Part shown: positions 37,186 through 45,423 of the stretch, piece by piece
Layout: every line of letters begins with the position of its first letter
Position numbering within the stretch: the stretch's first letter is position 1
From: Polyangiales bacterium
Lineage (GTDB): Bacteria; Myxococcota_A; Polyangia; Polyangiales; Houyiibacteriaceae
Length of the DNA stretch: 64,000 nt
Reading direction: 5' to 3'
Assembly (NCBI GenBank): GCA_045106895.1
Contig: JBGCFM010000172.1
Location: forward strand, 7,653 to 71,652
Made by a program: the position numbers and the translations under genes
Notes under the pieces: generated by a model
The model's database searches: none
What the model was told of the DNA's origin: nothing
Seen by the model: the letters and a program-made list of their open reading frames with translations, nothing else

Positions 37186-37216
37186 ACTGGTATTACCAGT
37201 GACTGGTAATACCACT
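37186..37216. promoter_or_regulatory. two tandem GntR/FadR-type operator palindromes overlapping the GntR gene start codon
   Basis: ACTGGTA-T-TACCAGT (perfect, 37186-37200) and ACTGGTA-A-TACCACT (one mismatch, 37202-37216). Both contain TGGTAnTACCA. The GTG start lies at 37199. Confidence 0.5.
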
Positions 37217-37984
37217 TCGAAGAAGAACGCCTCCGACGAAGCGATGGACGCGCTTCGGCGCCGCATCCTTAGCGGAGAGCTTGAAGACGGGAGCATGCTT
37301 CCGGGCGAGCGTGAGCTGTCGGAGCAGCTCGGCGTGAGCCGACTGACGCTTCGCTCAGCGCTGGCGAGCCTCAAGGCCGAGGGGCTCATCGAGAAGGTGC
37401 ATGGTTCGGGCAACCGGGTCCTGCCGTTTCGCGAAACCGGCGGTATCGAGACCGTCGCACACCTCGCCCGATACGCGATTCAACGAGGGGACGTTCCCCT
37501 CGCTCTCCTCAATGACATTATGGAGTTTCGTCGGTTCGTCGCCGTACAGGTTCTAGGGACCGTCGCGGAGCGCGGAACGCCGGCGGAGCTTCGAGGGCTT
37601 CGCCTTCAGCTGGAGGTCTTGCATGAGGTCGTCGACGATGCGCCGCGTTTTATGGAGGAGGATCTCCAGTTCGCCCGCTTGATGGTTCGTGCCACGCACA
37701 ACCTCGCGATGGAGCTGCTTTACAACACGGCGCTTCGCGTTCTCCGAGCGAGTCCAGGATTCGAAGCGGTGTTTTCGGTGAACGCACGCGAGACACTTCG
37801 GGTGTATGGGCGCCTGCTCGAGATGATCGCGGATCGCGATCCGGAACGTGTTCAGGCACTCGCGCGACGGGTCCTTGAGCCCCTCGACCGCAAGACGACG
37901 GACCGTCTGGCAGAGCTCGCCGACGTTCTCGGCTCAACAAGTTCGTCGACAGTGAAGGCTGTCGACAAGAAGGAGACAGTTTGA
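37199..37984 (+). CDS. GntR family transcriptional regulator (FadR/FCD-type C-terminal domain)
   Basis: Winged-helix motif 'LPGERELSEQLGVSRLTLRSALASLKAEGLI' and an all-helical C-terminal domain. Confidence 0.85.
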   Translation: MTGNTTSKKNASDEAMDALRRRILSGELEDGSMLPGERELSEQLGVSRLTLRSALASLKAEGLIEKVHGSGNRVLPFRETGGIETVAHLARYAIQRGDVPLALLNDIMEFRRFVAVQVLGTVAERGTPAELRGLRLQLEVLHEVVDDAPRFMEEDLQFARLMVRATHNLAMELLYNTALRVLRASPGFEAVFSVNARETLRVYGRLLEMIADRDPERVQALARRVLEPLDRKTTDRLAELADVLGSTSSSTVKAVDKKETV

Positions 37985-38436
37985 TGAAGGTGACGACCCG
38001 CGAAGCAGCATGGCTTGAGGCACTTGGAAGTGCATTTGCACCGGAAGGTGAGTACCGGGATGGCCATCTTGTTCCGAAGCCTGGGGAAGTCGACTACGTC
38101 GGCACCTTCTGTACGTTGAACGCTCCGGCTGGACCCAAGGTTCGCTATGGGATTCGCGCGGCGGTTGCGCTAATGGCGCTCTCTCCCGTCTGGCACAAGC
38201 GACGCTTGGCGACCATTGATGCGCTTAGTCCAGAGGAGCGCACGGGGCTCATCGACGAGCTCTCGCGTCACCCTCTCCAGCTTGTACGCGAGCTGACGCT
38301 TTTGATGAAGGTACAGACATCGATGGCGCTCTTAGGGACATCCTCATTGCGCTCGCGGTCTGGCTACGATTCCGCCCGCAGTGAGGGCACGCCGATTCGA
38401 CTTCGGCGCAAGGTCAACGTGAAGGAGGTGGCGTGA
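37981..38436 (+). CDS. hypothetical small protein co-transcribed with the GMC oxidoreductase (possible accessory subunit)
   Basis: Start/stop overlaps on both sides. No motif recognised. Confidence 0.5.
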   Translation: MMKVTTREAAWLEALGSAFAPEGEYRDGHLVPKPGEVDYVGTFCTLNAPAGPKVRYGIRAAVALMALSPVWHKRRLATIDALSPEERTGLIDELSRHPLQLVRELTLLMKVQTSMALLGTSSLRSRSGYDSARSEGTPIRLRRKVNVKEVA

Positions 38437-39971
38437 TGGGTGTGCTGCGAAAAGTTCGAGAGGCGGCGGAGGCCCGTCTTCCGCTCGTCTGGAACGACCA
38501 GGCATCGGTCGTGGTGGTTGGAACAGGCGCGGGCGGTGCGACGGCGGCCCGTGTGCTCGCTGCCCGCGGAGTAGATGTGTTGATGCTCGAAGAGGGGGCG
38601 CGTCTGCGAACGAAGGACCGGCCACGCGAAGTGGCGCGTTCCCTTGCTCAGGCGATGCGGGAAGGGGGGACTCAAACGACTTCCGGCGCCACGCCCATTG
38701 TGGTGCTTCAAGCGAAATGCGTGGGCGGGAGTACGGCGGTGAACTCAGGCATCATCTGGCGACTGCCAGAAGACGTTCGGGAGCAGTGGACGCGAGAGCG
38801 AGGCCTCGGTGAGCTGGTTGATCCCGACGAGCTTGCTCGCATCTACGACGCCATCGAAAAGGACCTCGAGGTGACGGAAACGGGGGACAGCGTTCTCGGC
38901 GGGAACGCTTCGTTGCTGTCTCGCGGAAGCGCCGCGATTGGGCTTAAGGGCAAGCCCATGACCCGCAACGCCGGTCGTTGCGAAGGACGCGGAGAGTGCT
39001 TGCAAGGGTGCCCCGGCGAGAAGCGCCAGAGCATGGACGTTTCGTACGTTCCTGCCGCGATGCGAGACGGCGCACGGCTACGCACTCACTCGCGGGTGAC
39101 GCGCGTTTTATTCAGAAACGGTCGCGCCGTCGGCGTCGCCGGCGTTGCGCTCCATGCCGTCACTCACAAGCCCGTGGGCCGTTTTGAGGTTCATGCCCAG
39201 CGCGTCGTTGTCGCGGCAGGTGTCGTTCATTCTCCGCTGATCCTCCAGCAGAGCGGTTTGGGCGGACTTGTCGGAGAGCGTTTCCAGGCACACCCGGGCG
39301 CTGCCGTTGTGGGCCGATTTCCGCACCCCGTTCGTATGTCGTATGGCGCGACGCAGGGCTTCGAAGTGCCGCAGCGCGAGCGTGGTTTCAAGGTCGAGAG
39401 CCTCTCACTACCGCCGGAGATGTTGGCGGCCCGATTGCCTGGAACGGGCGCCGCCTGGCAGGAACGACTCGCAAACCTGGATCACTACGCTCAGTGGTGC
39501 GCACAGATTCGGATGGAGGCTCACGGGAGCATCCGCGAGGGACTCTTGGGTCCGAACATTCGTTTCTCACCGACGGCAAATGACCTTCGCAAGACACAGA
39601 CAGGCCTTCTCGAGATTTGCCGCATGATGTTCGCAGCCGGCGCCGAAGAGGTCTACCCAGGGATCAACGGTGTTCCAGAGGTGCTGCGGAGCGCGGCTGA
39701 GGTTGAAGCTCTGGAACAAAGAGCTTGGAAGCACTCGGACGTTCACCTGGTGGCTTCTCATCTCTTCGGCACAGCGGTCGCCGGACGCGACGCGCGCACG
39801 AGCGTCGTCAACGAACAGCTTGAGTGTCACGCGCACCCCGGTCTCTTCGTGATGGACGCGAGCATCTTTCCGACCAACCTGGGAGTGAACCCGCAGCATT
39901 CCATCATGGCGCTGGTGTACCGAGCGGCGGAGCAGCTTGCGCAGCGTCTACCGAACCGACAGGCAGCCTAG
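38433..39971 (+). CDS. GMC family FAD-dependent oxidoreductase
   Basis: 'VVVVGTGAGGATAARVLAARGVDVLMLEEG' dinucleotide-binding motif, 'GGSTAVNSG', and C-terminal 'GLFVMDASIFPTNLGVNPQ'. Confidence 0.85.
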   Translation: MMGVLRKVREAAEARLPLVWNDQASVVVVGTGAGGATAARVLAARGVDVLMLEEGARLRTKDRPREVARSLAQAMREGGTQTTSGATPIVVLQAKCVGGSTAVNSGIIWRLPEDVREQWTRERGLGELVDPDELARIYDAIEKDLEVTETGDSVLGGNASLLSRGSAAIGLKGKPMTRNAGRCEGRGECLQGCPGEKRQSMDVSYVPAAMRDGARLRTHSRVTRVLFRNGRAVGVAGVALHAVTHKPVGRFEVHAQRVVVAAGVVHSPLILQQSGLGGLVGERFQAHPGAAVVGRFPHPVRMSYGATQGFEVPQRERGFKVESLSLPPEMLAARLPGTGAAWQERLANLDHYAQWCAQIRMEAHGSIREGLLGPNIRFSPTANDLRKTQTGLLEICRMMFAAGAEEVYPGINGVPEVLRSAAEVEALEQRAWKHSDVHLVASHLFGTAVAGRDARTSVVNEQLECHAHPGLFVMDASIFPTNLGVNPQHSIMALVYRAAEQLAQRLPNRQAA

Positions 39972-40019
39972 GCTGCATCACATCTCGACGTTGTTTGGCT
40001 GCCCACGTAGTGTGCGGCT

Positions 40020-40838
40020 GTGATTCTTCTCGACGGTCCAATGGGTACGGAGCTGGCGTTTCGCTCCGTACCTACGTCACTCCCTCGTTGGAGCGCGGGC
40101 GCGTTGATGTCTCACCCAGAGGTGGTGTCGGCAATTCACGGAGAGTACGCGGACGCAGGCGCTGACGTCCTGACGACCAACACGTTTCGCACCGCGGAGG
40201 CGACGTTGGGTGACGAGTGGCGCCTCTATACTCGTCGTGCGGTGGAACTTGCCCGCGAAGCGGCGAAGGCGAAGTGTCGTGTGGCCGGGAGTATTGCGCC
40301 GCTGGACGATTGCTACAGGCCGGACCTGAGCCCCGCATTGTCGAGCCCCGACGAGACCTTTCGAGCACACACGCAGATGGCGGAGGCTTTGGCCGAGGGG
40401 GTGGACCTTCTTCTGTGCGAGACGTTCCCCTTCGTCGAAGAGGCGATTCTGGCGGCGCGGGCGGCGGTGGCAACAGGAAAGGAGACCTGGGTCGCACTCA
40501 CGGCGGGACCGGAGGAACCTCTGTTGAGCACCGAAGAAATGCGTGAAGCTGGCCGACGACTCCGGGATGAAGGGGTAGGCGCGTTGCTTGTGAGTTGTAC
40601 CCCCGCGGCGGACTGCGAACGCTACGTGGAAGCCTTGGTTAGCGCGGGCCTGCCAACGGGGGTCTATGCGAACGCTGGAGTAGCCGATGATGAGTCCGGG
40701 TTTCGGTCCGACCCAAAGTCGAGCCCTGAGCACTATTCACACCTTGCGAAGAGATGGCAGGAGGCCGGCGCAGTCATCATTGGCGGCTGCTGTGGAACGC
40801 GCCCTAGACACATCAAAGCCCTCAACGAAAATCGATGA
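40020..40838 (+). CDS. homocysteine S-methyltransferase family protein
   Basis: 'LLDGPMGTEL', 'GADVLTTNTFR', 'ETF', and the Zn-ligand pair 'IGGCCGTRPRHI'. Confidence 0.85.
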   Translation: MILLDGPMGTELAFRSVPTSLPRWSAGALMSHPEVVSAIHGEYADAGADVLTTNTFRTAEATLGDEWRLYTRRAVELAREAAKAKCRVAGSIAPLDDCYRPDLSPALSSPDETFRAHTQMAEALAEGVDLLLCETFPFVEEAILAARAAVATGKETWVALTAGPEEPLLSTEEMREAGRRLRDEGVGALLVSCTPAADCERYVEALVSAGLPTGVYANAGVADDESGFRSDPKSSPEHYSHLAKRWQEAGAVIIGGCCGTRPRHIKALNENR

Positions 40839-40891
40839 GGGCTCTCTGTCTTCTGATACCGGCGAACGGTAGAGGCTAGGACGCTTCTACT

Positions 40892-41521
40892 TTACTGCGA
40901 GTCGTCCGCCGTCAACTCGCCAACCACGATGGGAGGAAGGTTGGGCTGCGGATCAGGGTCGCCGGCAACGAAGTCAAGATCGAGGTCGAGGACAGGAGCT
41001 ACAATGGGAGCTTCCTCAACGCAGTTTTCCTCGCCACCATCGTCGTTGGTCTGAGGCTCAGGTTCTTCGCTGTCGTTGGATGGTGGGTTGCCGGGGGCAT
41101 TGGTCTGAGGATCCATTCCCGTGTGATCGGCTTCGAGCGTCTGGAGCGTGGCAACGTAGCCAAGCCATAGGGCGTCCACATCATCACCAGAACTCATGCC
41201 GAGTTCGTTCTCAACACTCGCGTAGGTGTCGACGCAAACGATGTGGCGGTCAACGTCGATGCCCACCACTAGCTCAGGCTGGCCTTCGGCGACCCCATAT
41301 GACTCGACCGTGTCGAGGAGTCCTTCGCAACCGGCGAACGCTGTCTCCCAGCGCTCGACTTCGATGGTCTCAAGAGGTGCAACATCTTCCAGGAGGAGGT
41401 TGTACGAATCCTGGCCAAGTGCATCGACGGTGAAGCCCACTTCGTCGCCGGCACAGCCGACAAGGAATGCGAATGCGCTGATGCACAACGGTCCTAGGTA
41501 CTGTCTCGTTTGCTTCTTCAT
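40892..41521 (-). CDS. very acidic hypothetical lipoprotein
   Basis: Lipobox 'FAFLVGC'. D/E/P-rich C-terminal half. Its ATG overlaps the TGA of the upstream regulator (ATGA). Confidence 0.6.
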   Translation of the reverse strand: MKKQTRQYLGPLCISAFAFLVGCAGDEVGFTVDALGQDSYNLLLEDVAPLETIEVERWETAFAGCEGLLDTVESYGVAEGQPELVVGIDVDRHIVCVDTYASVENELGMSSGDDVDALWLGYVATLQTLEADHTGMDPQTNAPGNPPSNDSEEPEPQTNDDGGEENCVEEAPIVAPVLDLDLDFVAGDPDPQPNLPPIVVGELTADDSQ

Positions 41522-44500
41522 GACTGTACCTTCTTATACGACTCCAAACCGTATTGCTTCACTAGCTGAGAGAGACGAGGTCTCTTCATGCCCAAAAGTT
41601 CGGCCGCTTTGGTAATATTACCCTCCGCATCGGACAATGCACGAATAATGCACTCTCTCTCGAGAAGTTTCTTCATCTCGAACAGCGAGTTTTCCCCACT
41701 ACGGATACGAGCGTAGAGTTCGTCCTCCATCATCGCGGGCGGGGCGACGCTTGCGCGGGAGGCGCGGTTCGGGCCATTTACGCCAAAAGACCCCGAAAAA
41801 GCCTCGAAATCCGCCACTCGAAGCTGATCGCCCTCAGAGAAGAGTGCGGCGCTGCGGAGCACGTTCTCCAGTTCCCGAATGTTCCCTGGCCAACCGTGAC
41901 GTTGGAGCATACTGAGAACGGGGGCTCCCACTCGTTTGGGGGATTCCCCCCGTTCGTCCGCGATGCGGCCGAGAAGGGTGTGGCAGAGTTCGCCCATGTC
42001 GCCGAGGCGATCGCGAAGGGCTGGCATTTCGACGGTTACGCCGCGAAGCCGGTAGTAGAGGTCCTCTCGGAATGTGCCCGCCGCGACCATGCCTTCAAGA
42101 TCTCGGTGCGTCGCTGCAACGATTCGAACGTTGACCTTAATGGACTGAGTGCCGCCCACTCGTTCGAACTCTCGCTCCTGGAGCACACGGAGCAGAGCGA
42201 CCTGCGTTCCAGGAGAAATGTCGCCAATCTCGTCGAGGAAGAGGGTGCCTCCGTCGGCGAGCTCAAAGCGTCCCTTCTTGCGAGCGCTCGCGCCGGTGAA
42301 AGCGCCTCGTTCGTGACCGAAGAGCTCACTCAGCAAAAGCGTTTCAACGAGTGCAGCGCAGTTCACCTTCACGAGTGGCTGGCTTGACCGCTCGGAGTGG
42401 CGATGAAGTGCGTCTGCGACGAGCTCCTTGCCCGTACCACTCTCACCTCGAATCAGTACGGTGGCATCGCTGGGCGCGACCTTGTCGATGACGTCCAGAA
42501 TCCGAAGGATCGGCGCCGAGCTCCCACCGATATCTGGGTAGCGTCGTTGGTGCTCGCTGCTGCGTTGTGGCGCAGGCAAGTGCGAGGGGCGCCTCATGTT
42601 TGGTGATATTGCGTTGACCGCCGCTTCCACGGAAGCGAGTTCCACGCGCAAGGGCCGCGTCGCCCAAGTGGTCCGGTTGGATTCCGGCACGTTCTTGGTC
42701 AGCGTGAGCTCAACCTCGTTGGCTTCCTGGAGAAGCGTTGCGGCGGAGGAGACGTTCAGTTCGTCCGCGTGGTAACGAGCCGCGCGGAGGAGGGCCTCGA
42801 GGAGAAGTTCGGCGTCACCAGAGGAGCGCGCGAGCTCGACGGCTCGACGGGCCGCGTTCCCGACGTCCCCGCCGGCAGCGCGTTCAAAGTCGGCACCAAC
42901 TGCGGCGAGCTCCGCTGCGACTTTTGGGGTTGGCGCAGTGGGTGCGGTGGAGAGCAGCGCGCGTGCGCCGTCGACGTCCCCGTCGTGGAGGCGAAGGCGT
43001 ACAAGTTCGACGACCGGGTCGATCCGTCGCGTGGAGCCCAGTGATTCGAAGAGTTCGCTGGACGCGTGGAAGAGCGCCGCTGCTTTGTCGTGCAGCCCCG
43101 CTACGGCTTCGACCCGTCCGCGTAGAAGAAGGCACACGCCGAGGAGGTATGTCGGTAGGTTGGCGCCACCCATGTGCTGAGCGAACTCGCACAAGGATCG
43201 GGCGCGGCTTACGTCGCCGAGGCTGAGATAAAGCTCGCCGAGGTTGATACCCACGCGAGTAAGCATCGGGCGGTTACCGAGTCGCTTTAGCTGTGCGACG
43301 GCGTGGTGGTAGTACTCGAGCGCTGCGCTGTAATCGCGGCTGAGGTGAGCAAGAACGGCGAGGTTTTCCGTCGCGATGGCCAAGTCGCGGGAGTCGCCGG
43401 CCGCGCTCGCTTCTCGAATCGCGTCTTCAAAGTAGGACTTCGCCTCGTCGAGACGCTGAAGACGCAGCATCGCGACGCCATGATTTGTGAGTGCCTGCGC
43501 TCGTTGGTGGCCAAGGTTTTTTTCGTCCGCGCGTTCATGATTGTATCGGAAGAACTCGGCGGCGGCGCCCGCTTCCTTTCTTGCGAGGGCGACCTTGCCA
43601 AGCGTGTTTCGCGCATGAATTTCAAGCGCGCGGGCATTGATGGAGAGGGCCGCTTCAAGGGCACGTTCTCCCCAAATCTCCGCGTCGTCGTACTCGGCCC
43701 GCTCGCAGTAGAGTTCAGCGAGGAGCGTCTGGACGGTGGTGCGTGTTTGTGCCTCGCCCGTCTTTTCTGCGCGTTGCTGAGCGGCTTTGAGAACGACTTC
43801 GGCTTCCCCATGTTCGCCGTAGAGAGTTAAGAGTCGACCCAGCCGATGTGCTGCCACCGCGCTCTCCGGAGCACGGTCGGCGAGTGTGCGAGCGTGGATG
43901 ATTGCGCGTCTGTAATCGCCGACGATGCGGTGTAGGTCGGCGAGGCTCTCGAGGAGATGACTCGGGACATCGTCGAGTTCCCCAACAGAGCGCGCCGTTC
44001 GTTCGAGAAGCGCTGCGGCCTCGGCGTGGGCGTGGCGCGCGGAGAGTCCCTGTGCCTCGGCGAGGGCGAGCGGAATCGCGGCTTCGATGTCGCCCGCGAG
44101 GAGCGCGTGGTGTGCAGCCATCGCCACACCCGGGCGCGCCGCAAAAACAGCGGCGCAGCGACGGTGAATACGAATGCGTGTCTCAGAATCGAGTCCGGCA
44201 TAGAGCAGCTCGCGGTGCCGAGCGCGCGCGAATGTGTAGCGGATGTTTCCGTCGAGTCGTGTCTCCAACACAAAGGGCGACTGACTGAGCGGGTGAACAT
44301 CGCTACTCGTCCGACCCACGATCTCATCCACGAGATCGAGCTCCGAGGGGTGACCGAGAACTGCGAGGGTTTCGAGGAGTGAGCGGACTTCGTCGCCGGC
44401 TTCTGTTAGACGTCGCTGAAGCTGAGCGGCTGGCGAGAGCGGGTCCGCCGCGAGGAGGAGCTCGATGGCTTCTGGGACTCCCCCAGTGCGCTCAAGAACT

Positions 44501-45336
44501 AGCTCCACGATTTGGTCGCTCTGGAGGTAGGCCCGGATCCCCGTGCGATCGAAGGGCGCCAGGCTCAGGACCGTGGCGGCGTCGTGGTTGTAGAGTGCGC
44601 TGAGGCGGTCCTTGGAGAGCGTCGTCGCGTTTTCGTCGGTACGAACCGATGACACGAAGAGCGCTTTGAGCGAACGCTCCGGCGAAACGCCTTCGGTCCA
44701 AGGTCCGCTGCCTTCGAAGAGGAAGCGGAGCAGCTGGAGTGTCCCGGCATCTGCTCGCTCGAGATCATGCAGCAATATCACCGGCGGCCGGAAGCGGGCG
44801 ACGTCCTGAAGCAGTGTGCGAAGCGCGTCGAAGAAGCGCAGTCGGCGTTCTCTCGCGCCATGGGAGTCGGCGTCATCATCGAGTTGCGAATGATGCGGGT
44901 GCTGATGCCAGAGAGGATGACAGCCCGAGAAACAGCCTAGATCTGCAACGTTTGACGACGGCGATGCGCCCATCTCGGACAGAAAGCTGAGGGCGTTTTC
45001 AACCACGGCAGCGAAGGGACCGAAGGCGGTTCCTGACTCGCATCGGCCTTCGAGAACGATGCCCCCTGTAAGGCGAATCTGGGTTCGAAATGCCTGAAGA
45101 AGGTAGCTTTTACCCGATCCGCTTGGGCCTTCCACGATAACGAGTTGCTCACCGTGACGTGCCGCCTCCATACGAAGCAGCAGTTCGTCCATTTCGTGCT
45201 CGCGGCCGATGCATCGGGTCGGAGCGGGCGGCATCGATGAATCACGTCTTGGAAGTCGTGTGAAATCTCGCACAGAAGAAGAATAGGTTCCTGCAGCAGG
45301 GGCATCAAGCGGCTGGGCATGGACGAGGCGGAGCAT
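41518..45336 (-). CDS. STAND-type P-loop NTPase (AAA_16-like) + TPR array + sigma-54 interaction AAA+ domain + Fis-type HTH
   Basis: N-terminus: 'IGREHEMDELL...VIVEGPSGSGKSYLL', 'VILLHDLERAD'. Middle: about 500 aa of TPR-like helices. C-terminus: 'LIRGESGTGKELVA', 'GAFTGA', 'GGTLFLDEIGD', 'NITKAAELLGMKRPRLSQLVKQYGL'. Confidence 0.85.
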   Translation of the reverse strand: MLRLVHAQPLDAPAAGTYSSSVRDFTRLPRRDSSMPPAPTRCIGREHEMDELLLRMEAARHGEQLVIVEGPSGSGKSYLLQAFRTQIRLTGGIVLEGRCESGTAFGPFAAVVENALSFLSEMGASPSSNVADLGCFSGCHPLWHQHPHHSQLDDDADSHGARERRLRFFDALRTLLQDVARFRPPVILLHDLERADAGTLQLLRFLFEGSGPWTEGVSPERSLKALFVSSVRTDENATTLSKDRLSALYNHDAATVLSLAPFDRTGIRAYLQSDQIVELVLERTGGVPEAIELLLAADPLSPAAQLQRRLTEAGDEVRSLLETLAVLGHPSELDLVDEIVGRTSSDVHPLSQSPFVLETRLDGNIRYTFARARHRELLYAGLDSETRIRIHRRCAAVFAARPGVAMAAHHALLAGDIEAAIPLALAEAQGLSARHAHAEAAALLERTARSVGELDDVPSHLLESLADLHRIVGDYRRAIIHARTLADRAPESAVAAHRLGRLLTLYGEHGEAEVVLKAAQQRAEKTGEAQTRTTVQTLLAELYCERAEYDDAEIWGERALEAALSINARALEIHARNTLGKVALARKEAGAAAEFFRYNHERADEKNLGHQRAQALTNHGVAMLRLQRLDEAKSYFEDAIREASAAGDSRDLAIATENLAVLAHLSRDYSAALEYYHHAVAQLKRLGNRPMLTRVGINLGELYLSLGDVSRARSLCEFAQHMGGANLPTYLLGVCLLLRGRVEAVAGLHDKAAALFHASSELFESLGSTRRIDPVVELVRLRLHDGDVDGARALLSTAPTAPTPKVAAELAAVGADFERAAGGDVGNAARRAVELARSSGDAELLLEALLRAARYHADELNVSSAATLLQEANEVELTLTKNVPESNRTTWATRPLRVELASVEAAVNAISPNMRRPSHLPAPQRSSEHQRRYPDIGGSSAPILRILDVIDKVAPSDATVLIRGESGTGKELVADALHRHSERSSQPLVKVNCAALVETLLLSELFGHERGAFTGASARKKGRFELADGGTLFLDEIGDISPGTQVALLRVLQEREFERVGGTQSIKVNVRIVAATHRDLEGMVAAGTFREDLYYRLRGVTVEMPALRDRLGDMGELCHTLLGRIADERGESPKRVGAPVLSMLQRHGWPGNIRELENVLRSAALFSEGDQLRVADFEAFSGSFGVNGPNRASRASVAPPAMMEDELYARIRSGENSLFEMKKLLERECIIRALSDAEGNITKAAELLGMKRPRLSQLVKQYGLESYKKVQS

Positions 45337-45348
45337 AGGCCCTCTAAA

Positions 45349-45364
45349 AGCAAGAGCTGTACCG
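45349..45364 (-). promoter_or_regulatory. sigma-54 (-24/-12)-like promoter element upstream of the STAND-EBP gene
   Basis: Minus strand reads CGGTACAGCTCTTGCT against the consensus TGGCAC-N5-TTGCW. The GG and GC are correctly spaced and TTGC is intact. The -12 C lies only 13 nt from the annotated ATG. Confidence 0.3.
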
Positions 45365-45423
45365 AGCTGTTTGCTAGTATTTAGGGGGTTAATCGCCGCT
45401 TCGGCGTCAATTTTCTTACGGCG

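Noticed and set aside
41518-45336. Possibility that the STAND NTPase+TPR protein is an Avs-like antiviral STAND defence protein.
   Set aside because: No nuclease, protease, TIR or other effector domain is visible. The non-STAND part is a complete sigma-54 activator with HTH, which points to transcriptional regulation.
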